A stretch of DNA of 43,789 nucleotides from Acidimicrobiia bacterium (GCA_031422955.1 JANPEN010000048.1:1-43789), one strand, 5' to 3'. Positions 16,934-26,510 are shown, numbered from the stretch's first letter. A program made the numbers and translations. The notes: generated by a model from the letters alone, not told the origin.

Positions 16934-17287
16934 TCAACGAGCCTTCCAGATGGCGGTGAGCCGCTCGGCGTCGGCTTGGCTGGGGCCGCGGTAGGTGAAA
17001 TGCACATCGACATGGTCGAAGTCGAAGGGGTTGGAGGCCAACCGGGCGCTGGAGATGTCCACCCCCAAGCGCTCCAGGGCCACACTCTCGGCCTTGGCGG
17101 CGGCCTGCACCAGGGTCACCCCGCAGGCGGCGATGCCGGCCAGGAATGCCTCGCCGGTGCTGAGCGCCTCCCCCGGCCCGTTGGGGGAGTCGATCACGAA
17201 GTGGTTGTGGCGGGCCGTGTTGAGGGTGCGGCCGGGGATTTCGGTGCTGAGGGAACTCACCGCGGTGGTTATCACATCGTTGCTCAT
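16934..17287 (-). CDS. OsmC/Ohr-family protein
   Basis: 117 aa from ATG 17287 (MSNDVITTAV...). Length and the pattern GEAFLAGIAACGVTLV ... VDVHFTY fit the OsmC fold. The track ORF is extended to 17500. Confidence 0.6.
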   Translation of the reverse strand: MSNDVITTAVSSLSTEIPGRTLNTARHNHFVIDSPNGPGEALSTGEAFLAGIAACGVTLVQAAAKAESVALERLGVDISSARLASNPFDFDHVDVHFTYRGPSQADAERLTAIWKAR

Positions 17288-17377
17288 CGGGAGACCTTTC
17301 GCTTCCGCGCAGTCTTGCATCCGGCCGGCTTGCCCGCCGACCGAACAGCACGCCCGGGTGGCGATACCGTGGCGCTC

Positions 17378-18217
17378 ATGTTGAGACGGGCCAGGGGCCA
17401 GGCGAAGGCGGCGAGTTCCGATGGACCTGTCACCATCGTCACCGGAGGCACCTTCGGGATCGGACGTCAGATCACCCTCGGGTTGGCCGAACGAGGTCAT
17501 CGGGTGGTGGCCTTCGGTCTGGAGGAACGCCAGCTATCCTCGACTGCGGGCCACTCCATCGAGGAACTACGCGGCGAGGCCAGAAGCCGGGCGCTGGCGG
17601 TGGAGGTGCTCGAGGCCGACGTCGCGCAGGCGGAGGATGTGCAACGGGTGCTGGGCCATGTCCTGCAGGTCTTTGGTCGGGTGGACGGTCTGGTCAACAA
17701 CGCGGCCATCGGCCCACTGGGCACCGTGTTGGACACCAGCGAGGCCGACTTCGATCGGATCGTGGCGGTGAACCTGCGGGGCCCGTACCTGACCAGCCGG
17801 GCGGTGCTGCCCCATTTCATCGCCCAAGGCGGAGGGGCCATTGTGAACATTGGGTCCGGTGCGGGGTGGGGCAAACACAATATGGCCGTGTACAGCGCCA
17901 CCAAGGGGGCGCTGTTCGGGCTCACTATGGCCATGGCCTATGACCATTTCGCCCAGCGGGTTCGGGTCAACCTGGTCATCCCGGGGGGAGGGGGCATCAT
18001 CACGGGGATGAGCGTGGGCCGCATGGGCGGCGACGTCGCCAAAGCCGCCGCAGGGGCCCCCGGCACCGCCGCTGGCCGGCCCGCCACCGGGGACGATGTG
18101 GCCAAGGCGGTGGCGTTCCTGTTGTCCAACGATGCCGAGGTCATCTCCGGCACCGTGGTGGATGTGGGTTGCTTCGCCGGACAGGGTGGCCCCTTGCGCC
18201 CACGCCAACCACGCTAA
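17378..18217 (+). CDS. SDR family oxidoreductase
   Basis: VTGGTFGIGRQI, NNAAIG and YSATKGAL motifs. ATG 17378 chosen. The track ORF 16799..18217 has a 190-aa non-homologous N-terminal extension that overlaps the OsmC gene in antisense. Confidence 0.9.
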   Translation: MLRRARGQAKAASSDGPVTIVTGGTFGIGRQITLGLAERGHRVVAFGLEERQLSSTAGHSIEELRGEARSRALAVEVLEADVAQAEDVQRVLGHVLQVFGRVDGLVNNAAIGPLGTVLDTSEADFDRIVAVNLRGPYLTSRAVLPHFIAQGGGAIVNIGSGAGWGKHNMAVYSATKGALFGLTMAMAYDHFAQRVRVNLVIPGGGGIITGMSVGRMGGDVAKAAAGAPGTAAGRPATGDDVAKAVAFLLSNDAEVISGTVVDVGCFAGQGGPLRPRQPR

Positions 18218-19149
18218 GCGTCGGGGTTGGCCGTGCCCAGGACAGCCACGTAGCTGCGTTGCATGAACGGGACCAGATAGTCGCGGTAGGTGATGGGTGG
18301 ATGGCGGGCCGGGTTGGCCTCGTCACAGCAACTGGGCAGGCATTCGATGACGCTGTCCACCCGCGGATCGAAGAAAAAGGGAATGGCGTAGCGATCCTGA
18401 CCTGACACGTTCAACACCCGATGGGTGGTGGACAGGAAGCGGTGGTTGGTCCAACGGCGCAACATATCCCCGCTGTTGACCACGAAGGATTCCCGCTCTT
18501 GGGCCGGCTCGAACCACTCTGCTCCCGGCGGGCGGATCCACAGCCCGGCCACCGGGTTGGCGGGCAGCAGGGTCATGAACCCCGCGTCGGAGTGCGGATC
18601 GATACCCCACTGATCCACCTCGGCGGCCACCGATGGATAGTGGGACAGGCGCAGAGTGGCCAAGGAGGGCTGGAAGTAGCGGCCGAAGTGATCGGCGGGC
18701 ATGCCCGCGGCCACCGAGTACACCTCCAAGAGCCGACCACACAGCCGGTCCATGATCTCGTAGTAGGCGCTGACGGTGGCCCGGAATCCGGCCAGGTCGG
18801 CCTCGCCGGGCCACTGGTTACGGCTTGAGGTCGGCCTGGCCAAAAAATACGCCGCGTTGAGCGATGGCTTGGCCCCGCGCACCTGGCCCTGCCAGGGGCT
18901 GTAGCCCATGGATTTGGCGCTCATTTGCTGAGGAAGCTTCTGGTCCAAGGGCAATGCGTGGTATGCGGCGGCGGCGGCGTAGATCCCTTCCACCTGGTCC
19001 CACTCCACACCGTGGTTCACGATCTGGAAGAAACCGACTTGCTCCAGTGCCTGGCCCAACTGCCTGGCGGTGGCGGCGAGCGCACCGGGGCGACCGGCCA
19101 GGAAGGCGGCCACGTCGATCACGGGAATGGTGCCAACAGCTGTGGGCAT
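18214..19149 (-). CDS. 2-oxoglutarate/Fe(II)-dependent oxygenase (isopenicillin N synthase-like)
   Basis: IPVIDVAAF...VGFFQIVNHGV N-terminal domain, an HSD facial-triad motif (DPHSDAGFMTLL), a distal His in TTHRV, and RYAIPFF. Its stop overlaps the convergent SDR stop (CTAA). Confidence 0.85.
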   Translation of the reverse strand: MPTAVGTIPVIDVAAFLAGRPGALAATARQLGQALEQVGFFQIVNHGVEWDQVEGIYAAAAAYHALPLDQKLPQQMSAKSMGYSPWQGQVRGAKPSLNAAYFLARPTSSRNQWPGEADLAGFRATVSAYYEIMDRLCGRLLEVYSVAAGMPADHFGRYFQPSLATLRLSHYPSVAAEVDQWGIDPHSDAGFMTLLPANPVAGLWIRPPGAEWFEPAQERESFVVNSGDMLRRWTNHRFLSTTHRVLNVSGQDRYAIPFFFDPRVDSVIECLPSCCDEANPARHPPITYRDYLVPFMQRSYVAVLGTANPDA

Positions 19150-19353
19150 GAGTTCGCTCTCCTCCCGGTAGGGCGCTGCTGGCCTGACGTTACCGCAGCC
19201 TCCACGGCCGGATCGTCAGCGCTGAGGGATGGTCCGGTCCCGGCTTGGGCGGCACAACCGCGAGATGGCCGCCGAACCTTGTCCGCTCGGCGTGGATTTG
19301 GGACCGCAAGCGGTCTCTGAAGCCTGTCTTGGACCCCGACACTGCGCACTACG

Positions 19354-21954
19354 GTGGCGCCTGTGACCACCGGACAACGGGAAGTTTTTCAGCCGCAGGG
19401 GTTGACGCCGTTCGACGGTGTCCGGGTGGTGGAAGTGGCCACCGGGGTGGCCGGACCGTATGTAGGCAAGCTGTTGGGCGATTATGGCGCCGACGTCATC
19501 AAGATCGAACCCCCCGGCGGCGACCCGGCTCGCCACAACGGCCCCTTTGTCCGCGATGTGGCGGACCCCGAGCAGTCCGGGCTGTTCCTGCACCTCAACA
19601 CCAACAAGCGTTCGATCGTGGCCGAGCCCAACAGCGAGCTGGTGGCGGGGCTGGCCGCCCGGGCCGACGTGATCATCGAATCCGGCGCGGCCGGCGCGGC
19701 CAGCCGGGCCTTGGTGGCCCGGTGGCGGGCGGCCAACCCGAAGCTGGTGGTGGCCTCCCTCACCCCCTTCGGCCAGGACGGCCCCTACGCCAGCTACCGG
19801 GCTGAGGACATTGCCTTGTACGCCCTCGGCGGGCCGATGCAGGCCACCGGCGTCATCGAGCGGGAACCGCTCAAGCTGGCCGGCAACCTGCTGCAGTACC
19901 AGTGCGGGGCAGTGGGGGCGGTGGCGGTGCTGGGGGCACTGCGCCGGGCCGAGGCCAGCGGGGTGGGTGCAGCTATCGACGTGTCCAACCTGGAAACCCA
20001 GGTCGGTTCCATCGACCGGCGGATCAACTACCTGCTGTGGCACCAGTGGACGGGTCGCAACGTGACCCGCCCGCCCGCCTACGGCCAGGCGGTGTTGCCC
20101 TTCGGCTACTACCCGGCCACCGATGGTTACGCGGCCATCATCGTGGTGGCCAACTGGATCCCCAAGCTGCTCGATGTGCTCGACGATGACGAGCTGCGGG
20201 CCCGTTTCGCCACCCCGGCTTGGATGACGGATCCCGAGACCGGGGGCCATCTCGATGCCGTCATCTACAACTGGCTTTCCACCCGGACCAAGACCGAAGC
20301 CATGGTCGAAGCCCAGGCCGCCCGCTGGCCGGTCACCGCCCTCAACCGGCCCACCGATCTGTTGGTGGATGCCCATTTCAACGCCAGGGGATTTTTCGCC
20401 GACGTCGATCATCCGGTCGCTGGCTGCTACCGCACGCCGGGTCCGGGCTGGCGCATGGACAACGGGTGGGCCTTGCGTCGCCGGCCGCCCCTACTCGATG
20501 AGCACCGGGCGGAGATCCTGGCCGAGCTGGCTGACCATCGCGGCTTCGCCGCACCCGGACCCCCGGGTTCGGTCCACGTGGCTCGGCTCGCCCCGTCGGC
20601 CCGGCCAAACCCGTCGGCCGCCACGGTCCCGGGCGCGACCGCCGACCCCGACGCGCTGCCCCTGACCGGGATACGGGTGTTGGATCTGACCGTGGTGTGG
20701 TCAGGGCCCTACGCCACCATGTTGTTGGCCGACCTGGGGGCGGAGGTCATCCGAGTCGACAACCCCTGGCTGTTTCCTACGGTCACCAGGGGCAACGTTC
20801 CCCGCCCTGCGCCAGAGGCCCTGGACGGGCTGGGTCCTTTGACCGGCGCTTATTGCGACCACGACCCGGGCGAACGGCCCTGGAACCGGGCCGGTCAGTT
20901 CCTGGCCCACGCCCGCTCCAAGCTGTCAGTCACCTTGGATCTGCGCAAGGCCACCGGTAGGGAAGCCTTCCTACGTTTGGTCGACCAGGTTGACGTGATC
21001 ATTGAGAACAACTCGGTGGACGTGCTCGACAAGCTGGATCTGGGTTGGGAGGTACTTTCGGCCCGCAACCCTGCGGCGGTGCTGGTGCGCATGCCGCCCA
21101 TGGGCAGCTGGGGTCCGTACCGCAACTATCTCGGTTTCGGGTTCCATTTCGAGTCCCTGGCCGGGTCGGCCGCCCTGTGGGGCTACCGAGACGGGGACTA
21201 CGGGCTCAACAACCCCGTCTTTCCGATGGATCCCTCGGCCGGGTTGGCCGCCGCGGTGGCCACCTTGGCTGCCTTGCGCCGCCGAGACAGCACCGGGGTG
21301 GGTGAGCTGGTCGAGATCCCCCAGGTCGAATACGTGCTGCAGCACGTGGGGGAGTACCTGGTCGACGCGGCCCGCAGCGGTGTGGACCGCCAGCCCATCG
21401 GGAACCGCCATCTGGTCCATGCCCCCCAGGGTTGCTATCCCTGCCTGGGCGAGGATGCCTGGGTGGTGGTCTGCGTGGACAGCGACCAGGCCTGGCGAAG
21501 CCTGGGCCGGGCCATGGGCGATCCCGCCTGGGCAGCAGAACCGGCCCTGGCCGAGGCGGCTGGCCGGCGCGTCGACCACGACCACATCGACGCCCAGCTG
21601 GCCGCCTGGACGGGGACCATGACCGCCGGTGAGGTCTTCCATCGCCTTCAGGCCGAGGGGGTGATCGCTGCCCCGGTACTCAGCGAGGAGCACTGCTTGG
21701 CCGATCCGCACCTGCGGGCCCGGTCCTTCTTCCGGCCCAACGGCTCTGCCGACGTTCCCCTGGTCGATTTCCCCGGTCACCTGTGGCGCTGGGATGGCCC
21801 GCCTCTGGTGTGGGGGCCCACCAGCCGCCTCGGGGTCGACAACGAAGACGTGTTCCGCCGGGTGGCCGGGTTCGACGATGCCGAGCTGGCCGCCCTGCAG
21901 GAGCAGGGCCACTGGTCGCTGGATTATCTCCAGGCTGACGGCACCCCCTACTGA
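19354..21954 (+). CDS. Tandem double-domain family III CoA-transferase (CaiB/BaiF-CaiB/BaiF fusion)
   Basis: 866 aa. Domain 1 begins FDGVRVVEVATGVAGPYVGKLLGDYGADVIKIEPPGG. A Pro/Ala-rich linker covers about 20530-20655. Domain 2 begins LTGIRVLDLTVVWSGPYATMLLADLGAEVIRVDNP (from about 20656). The exact start (GTG 19354) is uncertain. Confidence 0.85.
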   Translation: MAPVTTGQREVFQPQGLTPFDGVRVVEVATGVAGPYVGKLLGDYGADVIKIEPPGGDPARHNGPFVRDVADPEQSGLFLHLNTNKRSIVAEPNSELVAGLAARADVIIESGAAGAASRALVARWRAANPKLVVASLTPFGQDGPYASYRAEDIALYALGGPMQATGVIEREPLKLAGNLLQYQCGAVGAVAVLGALRRAEASGVGAAIDVSNLETQVGSIDRRINYLLWHQWTGRNVTRPPAYGQAVLPFGYYPATDGYAAIIVVANWIPKLLDVLDDDELRARFATPAWMTDPETGGHLDAVIYNWLSTRTKTEAMVEAQAARWPVTALNRPTDLLVDAHFNARGFFADVDHPVAGCYRTPGPGWRMDNGWALRRRPPLLDEHRAEILAELADHRGFAAPGPPGSVHVARLAPSARPNPSAATVPGATADPDALPLTGIRVLDLTVVWSGPYATMLLADLGAEVIRVDNPWLFPTVTRGNVPRPAPEALDGLGPLTGAYCDHDPGERPWNRAGQFLAHARSKLSVTLDLRKATGREAFLRLVDQVDVIIENNSVDVLDKLDLGWEVLSARNPAAVLVRMPPMGSWGPYRNYLGFGFHFESLAGSAALWGYRDGDYGLNNPVFPMDPSAGLAAAVATLAALRRRDSTGVGELVEIPQVEYVLQHVGEYLVDAARSGVDRQPIGNRHLVHAPQGCYPCLGEDAWVVVCVDSDQAWRSLGRAMGDPAWAAEPALAEAAGRRVDHDHIDAQLAAWTGTMTAGEVFHRLQAEGVIAAPVLSEEHCLADPHLRARSFFRPNGSADVPLVDFPGHLWRWDGPPLVWGPTSRLGVDNEDVFRRVAGFDDAELAALQEQGHWSLDYLQADGTPY

Positions 21955-21984
21955 GCGGCCCAGGGGCTGACTAGGGTGAGCCCA

Positions 21985-22740
21985 ATGAGCGACAAGGTTC
22001 GTGTCGAGATAGTCGGCGCCGTTCGTACGGTCACCCTCACCCGTCCCGAGAAAAGCAACGCGCTGGACGCGGAGATGTTGGTCGCCCTGGAGGAAGCCTT
22101 CGATCCCGACCCCGGTCCTGGCCCGGCCGAGCGGGTGGCGGTCATCCGGGCCGAGGGCAGGGTGTTCTGCTCGGGGCTGGACCTACGGGGTGGCCTGGGC
22201 AAGGACCAGAACGTGGAAACCCTGTTTCATCGAGTGCAGACCTGGCCATTGCCGGTGGTGGCAGTGGTACAAGGCCCTGCCATCGCCGGCGGCAACGAAC
22301 TGGCCCTGCACAGCGACTTTGTGGTCGCCTCCGAGGAGGCCCGCTTCGGCATGTCGCTGGCTCAGATCGGCCTGGCTCCCTCGTGGTTCTTAACCAAGAA
22401 GCTGATGGAGGTGGGCGGCCCGGTGCTCACCAGGGAGATCCTGCTGCTGGGCGACGCGCTGCCGGCCACCCGCCTGGCCGAGCTCGGCCTCATCGCCCGC
22501 TGCGTTCCACCAGAAGAGTTGCAGGCCGCAGCGGCCGCCATCATCGATCGGTTAGTGGCCAACGCCCCGCTGAGCCTGCAGGCCATGAAGGCCACCATCA
22601 ACCGGCAACTGGCCTTCCGTGACAGCGTCGAACACGCCGACACCGAGGCGATGGTTCGCACCGCCCTCAAGAGCGCCGACGCCAAAGAAGGGGTGCGGGC
22701 CCGTCTGGAGCATCGCAACCCCAACTTCACCGGCGCCTAG
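21985..22740 (+). CDS. Enoyl-CoA hydratase/isomerase (crotonase) family protein
   Basis: TLTRPEKSNALD and VVAVVQGPAIAGGNELALHSDFVVA motifs. ATG 21985 follows AGGGTGAG. The track start GTG 21976 is the alternative. Confidence 0.9.
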   Translation: MSDKVRVEIVGAVRTVTLTRPEKSNALDAEMLVALEEAFDPDPGPGPAERVAVIRAEGRVFCSGLDLRGGLGKDQNVETLFHRVQTWPLPVVAVVQGPAIAGGNELALHSDFVVASEEARFGMSLAQIGLAPSWFLTKKLMEVGGPVLTREILLLGDALPATRLAELGLIARCVPPEELQAAAAAIIDRLVANAPLSLQAMKATINRQLAFRDSVEHADTEAMVRTALKSADAKEGVRARLEHRNPNFTGA

Positions 22741-22750
22741 CGCGCTAGCT

Positions 22751-23947
22751 TTAGTTATCTCGGGGGAAGTTGAAGAGTTGCCGGGCGACCACGACCCGTT
22801 GCACTTGCTGAGTGCCCTCGCCGATGTCGAGGATCTTCACGTCTCGATAGAGCTTCTCCAACATCAGGTCGTTGCGCACCCCCGCCTCACCCAAAATGTC
22901 CAGCGCGGCCACGACAGCCTCCAGGATCACCGGGGGCGAATAGAGCTTGGCGTAGCTGGCTTCCAGGGCGTTGGATTCACCGTTTTTGGCCAGCCAGACC
23001 GCGTTGAGGTACATCAACCGGGCGGTATGCAGGCCTCGACGGATGCGGGCCAAACGCTCCAAGGCCCGCTGCCGACGCTGGCCTTGGGCCGGATAGTCGC
23101 TGCGCACGAAGTCCAGGGCGAAGTCGTGAGCGGCGCGGCCCATGCCCACTCCGTGGGCGGTGTGGAGGGGCCGGGTCATGTTGAAGGTGGCCATGGAGGC
23201 CTTGAAACCCTTGCGGGATTGGTAGAACGCCTCGCCGCCCAGCAGGTTGTCCGCCGGTAGGCGAACATCGTCTAAGGCAAAGCTGGCCGTTTCGTAGCCA
23301 CGCGAGCCCATCTTGTGCTCGACCTTCAAGATCTCGAAGCCGGGGGTGCCCCGTTCCACCACGAAGGCCCGATGCCCCTCACGGCCCAGCTCGGGATCCA
23401 AGGTGGCCCACACGATGACCCAATCGGCCCTGGCCGAGTTGGAGCAGAACATCTTCTGCCCATTCAAAATCCACTCGTCGCTGCCGCCCGGGCCCTTCAC
23501 CTTGCGGGCCCGCGTCGCGATGCGGGCCACGTCGCTGCCGGCGCCCGGCTCGGTCATGGCCATGGCCCCCCAACGGGCCTTGGAGTGATCGTTGAAGATC
23601 TCCAGGAAACGCTGGCGCTGTTCGGGGGTGGCCGTGCTACGAAGGGCTGGTCCACCCAGGCCAGGCCCGGGAAGGGACAAAGCCACCCCGCGGTCCCAGT
23701 AGGCGGTTTCTTCGCCGAGCAGGAAGTTCCGCACCGGCTTCCAGTCCAGTGCGGTGGGACCTTCCTCGGCGCCGATCATGCGGCTGACCAATCCGCCCTT
23801 GCGGGTGCAGATCAAGTAGAAGGGATGATCCACCGGCGGTGCCAGGGCGCGGCGATCGGCTTCGAGGCCCATCGGGCGGATGTGGACCCGGCCCAGCTCG
23901 CGCACCTCCTCGAGCATCTCGCAGGTGCGGGCGTCGAGCTCGATCAT
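22751..23947 (-). CDS. Acyl-CoA dehydrogenase (catalytic, alpha-type subunit)
   Basis: 398 aa. C-terminal YRDVKILDIGEGTQQVQRVVVARQL carries the canonical catalytic Glu position (GEGT). AMTEPGAGSD motif is present. Confidence 0.9.
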   Translation of the reverse strand: MIELDARTCEMLEEVRELGRVHIRPMGLEADRRALAPPVDHPFYLICTRKGGLVSRMIGAEEGPTALDWKPVRNFLLGEETAYWDRGVALSLPGPGLGGPALRSTATPEQRQRFLEIFNDHSKARWGAMAMTEPGAGSDVARIATRARKVKGPGGSDEWILNGQKMFCSNSARADWVIVWATLDPELGREGHRAFVVERGTPGFEILKVEHKMGSRGYETASFALDDVRLPADNLLGGEAFYQSRKGFKASMATFNMTRPLHTAHGVGMGRAAHDFALDFVRSDYPAQGQRRQRALERLARIRRGLHTARLMYLNAVWLAKNGESNALEASYAKLYSPPVILEAVVAALDILGEAGVRNDLMLEKLYRDVKILDIGEGTQQVQRVVVARQLFNFPRDN

Positions 23948-25029
23948 GAGCGCTCCAAGCTGGCCAGAAGGGAATCGGGTACGTCCAGCACGTGGGCAGC
24001 CACGTCGAAGTCGGCCGCGTCACGGGCGCCGACGGTCATGGCCAACATACGGGCCTCGCGAAAGCGCTTTTCGGCTAGATGGTCCACGATGAAGCCGTGC
24101 CCGCCCAACAGTTGGATGCCCACGTTGGTGGCGTTGAAGGCGGCTTCCATGGTTTCCAACCAGGCCTGGGTGGCCCAGAAGCCGGCGTCGGGTTCGCCCC
24201 GATCGAAAGCGGCGGCGGCGTCACGAACCACCAGGCGGGCGCCGTGGATGCGAGCGGCGGCGGCGGCCAGATCGAAGGCGTTGCCCTGATGGTGCGCCAC
24301 CGGCTTGCCGAACACGATCCGCTCGGTGGTGTACTCGATGGTCTCCATAAGGGCGGCTTGGGCGATGCCCACCGCCACGGCAGCTCCCCACAGCCTGGCC
24401 CTTCCCCGCACGGCCAGGGCCGCACGAGGGCTCAGCTCCCACGAACCACGAACCACGGTGGCGTCGAAGGCAACGGACACCGCGCCGGAGGCCTGAAAGG
24501 CCAACACGGTGAGCGGCTCGGGCGAGCCGGTGACCTCGAGCAGGCGAAGGATGTTGCCCTCGCTGACCCAGATCCAACGGAGGGCGGGCCATCCCGGCGC
24601 CCAGTCGATGCCCTTGGCGCCGTTGCGGGAACTGGAGCCGTTCTCGACATCAACCACGGTGAAAGCGCATTGGGCGGCGCCGTCCCGACAGCTGTCCATG
24701 ATCTGGCGGGCAAGTGCCCGGTCGGGACAGGCCGAGACGGCCCCAGCGCTGGGCCCGGGACGATCGGCGGCGGCCAGACCGCTGGCGTCGGCCATGGCCA
24801 AGGTCTCCAGCACCACCACTTTGGCCAGGCAGCCGGCACCGACCCCGCCGAGTTCCTCGTCAACGTCGAGCCCGCCCAGCGGGAAGCCATCGAGCACGGC
24901 CAGCACGGAGTCCGGCCAGCGGCCGGCGGCTTCGGCGTCGCGCACGTTCGGTTCGAGCTGTGATCGGGCCAGGCGCTCGGCCGCAGCTCGAAGCTCCTCG
25001 AGTTCGGGAGCGAGGGCGAAGTCACGCAT
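23944..25029 (-). CDS. Acyl-CoA dehydrogenase family protein (degenerate, beta-type subunit)
   Basis: 361 aa with ACAD-fold pattern. ATGA overlap with the downstream ACAD. The segment aligned to the catalytic IxEGT reads MTVGARD, so there is no Glu at that position. Confidence 0.8.
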   Translation of the reverse strand: MRDFALAPELEELRAAAERLARSQLEPNVRDAEAAGRWPDSVLAVLDGFPLGGLDVDEELGGVGAGCLAKVVVLETLAMADASGLAAADRPGPSAGAVSACPDRALARQIMDSCRDGAAQCAFTVVDVENGSSSRNGAKGIDWAPGWPALRWIWVSEGNILRLLEVTGSPEPLTVLAFQASGAVSVAFDATVVRGSWELSPRAALAVRGRARLWGAAVAVGIAQAALMETIEYTTERIVFGKPVAHHQGNAFDLAAAAARIHGARLVVRDAAAAFDRGEPDAGFWATQAWLETMEAAFNATNVGIQLLGGHGFIVDHLAEKRFREARMLAMTVGARDAADFDVAAHVLDVPDSLLASLERS

Positions 25030-25106
25030 GGACGCACCCTACCCCGAGCCCCGGGTGGCCGCGAACATACGTGTGCAGGTACGCAGGGTAGGTGCCGTGT
25101 CTGCCT

Positions 25107-25322
25107 TCAGTTCATAGGCGGGCGCACATGGTCGGTGATGGTGTGGTTGGGTGCCCCCAGGTCATGACGGTGGGCAGCGTCGCGGGTCTCATCGATGGGG
25201 CCGTTCATCTCACCCTCGCCTCGCTCCATAAGGGTGCCGGTTCCGGGCTGGCCCACCTTGGGCTGGGTGGAGAAAAGCGAGCGGATGCGATCGAGCAAGC
25301 GGATGCGATCGGGCGTGGTCAT
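25107..25322 (-). CDS. Small hypothetical protein (71 aa)
   Basis: ATG is preceded by a strong AAGGAG at 7-nt spacing. It sits 77 nt upstream of the ACAD pair on the same strand. No recognisable motif. Confidence 0.45.
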   Translation of the reverse strand: MTTPDRIRLLDRIRSLFSTQPKVGQPGTGTLMERGEGEMNGPIDETRDAAHRHDLGAPNHTITDHVRPPMN

Positions 25323-25432
25323 GGAAGCGCTCCTTGGTGTCTGGGACAGCGGCGGTCCGTGGGTTGGGGCGGGGCCGATGACGCTGCCTTGGAGCTACCC
25401 GGCCCCGAGGCCGGCGAAACGACGAGTCTGTT

Positions 25433-26455
25433 TCAGACCGGGGTCACTGCTCCGGGTGCCTCGCGGCTGGCCGAGGTTTCGACGGCGGGGTCGAAGGAAA
25501 CCTCCACCGACTGGAAGCTTTTGGCTCGTTGGGCCATGGCGGCGTCGCCGTAGGCTCTACGGTCGGCCAGGGTCAGCTCAACGTTGTCGGTGAAGGGGGT
25601 AAGCAGGGCCCTGGGGTAGAGCTGGCGGGCGCGCACCACGTTAATTTCCACCGACAGCACCACCACCAACGAGGCCAGAAAGATCCACCCCAACAGGCCG
25701 AGCACCACCACGAAAACGTCATAGGTGGTTCCTGCTCCCTTCGCCCGAGCAACGTAGGCGGCCGCGAAAAGTTGCAGCAACTGCCAAAGCACTGCGGCCA
25801 CGAAAGCCCCGGGCCAGACTTGACCCTGGGTCAGGCGTTGGGCGGTGGCGATACGGAAGACCAGGGCGAAGATGGCCGTGTTGAGGCCGATGGCGGCTAG
25901 CACCGCCAAGAGCGAGAGGCCCCGGTTCAAGTCGGCTCCGTAGGCGCCGAGAATGCGGCCCATCCAGCCCAAAACGGTGGTGCCCATCACGGTTATACCG
26001 CCCGTTCCCAACAACAACAGCCCCCGCAAGCGGGCCCTGATTGGGTTGGGCCGGCAGTGGCGGGGCACGGTCCACATCACGTTCATGGCGTTCTGGAGGG
26101 CTTGTCCCACTCCCAAGGCGCCGTAGACGGCCACTGCCAAGCCTACGAACACGCCCAACCCGCTACCGGGCAGCCCGGAGGGGGTGGCTAACTGGCCGCG
26201 CAGCACCGGGAGCTGGCTGACGGCGGAATCGAGGATCTGCTGTTTGAGGCCGCTGTCAGCTTCGAGCACGAAACCCAAGATGGACGCCAGCAAAAGCAAC
26301 AGCGGGAAGAGCGAAAGGAACCCGTAGTACGTGATCAGGGCAGCCAGAAAGGTGCCCTGATCATCAAAGAACTTGTACACCACCGCGAGAGGAAAGCTCG
26401 TCCCTCGATGTTGGCGCTGGAAGCGGTCGAGTCGGTCGACGATGCCTGACGCCAT
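25433..26455 (-). CDS. YihY/BrkB family inner-membrane protein
   Basis: FPLAVVYKFFDDQGTFLAALITYYGFLSLFPLLLLL and multiple hydrophobic spans. 340 aa. Confidence 0.8.
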   Translation of the reverse strand: MASGIVDRLDRFQRQHRGTSFPLAVVYKFFDDQGTFLAALITYYGFLSLFPLLLLLASILGFVLEADSGLKQQILDSAVSQLPVLRGQLATPSGLPGSGLGVFVGLAVAVYGALGVGQALQNAMNVMWTVPRHCRPNPIRARLRGLLLLGTGGITVMGTTVLGWMGRILGAYGADLNRGLSLLAVLAAIGLNTAIFALVFRIATAQRLTQGQVWPGAFVAAVLWQLLQLFAAAYVARAKGAGTTYDVFVVVLGLLGWIFLASLVVVLSVEINVVRARQLYPRALLTPFTDNVELTLADRRAYGDAAMAQRAKSFQSVEVSFDPAVETSASREAPGAVTPV

Positions 26456-26510
26456 ACGCGTGGGATGCTACCGGGCCGGCCCGTGGCGCCGGCGATGCTG
26501 CCTAGTGGGA

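Noticed and set aside
19302-19315. GACCGCAAGCGGTC palindrome 40 nt upstream of the double CoA-transferase, considered as an operator.
   Set aside because: 6-bp GC-rich palindromic arms are expected by chance at this base composition. There is no second copy or supporting feature.
19489-19511. 23-nt identity with 32734-32756, considered as a dispersed repeat or mobile-element end.
   Set aside because: Both copies encode the conserved GADVIKIEP motif of paralogous CoA-transferases, in frame. This is paralogue conservation, not a mobile element.
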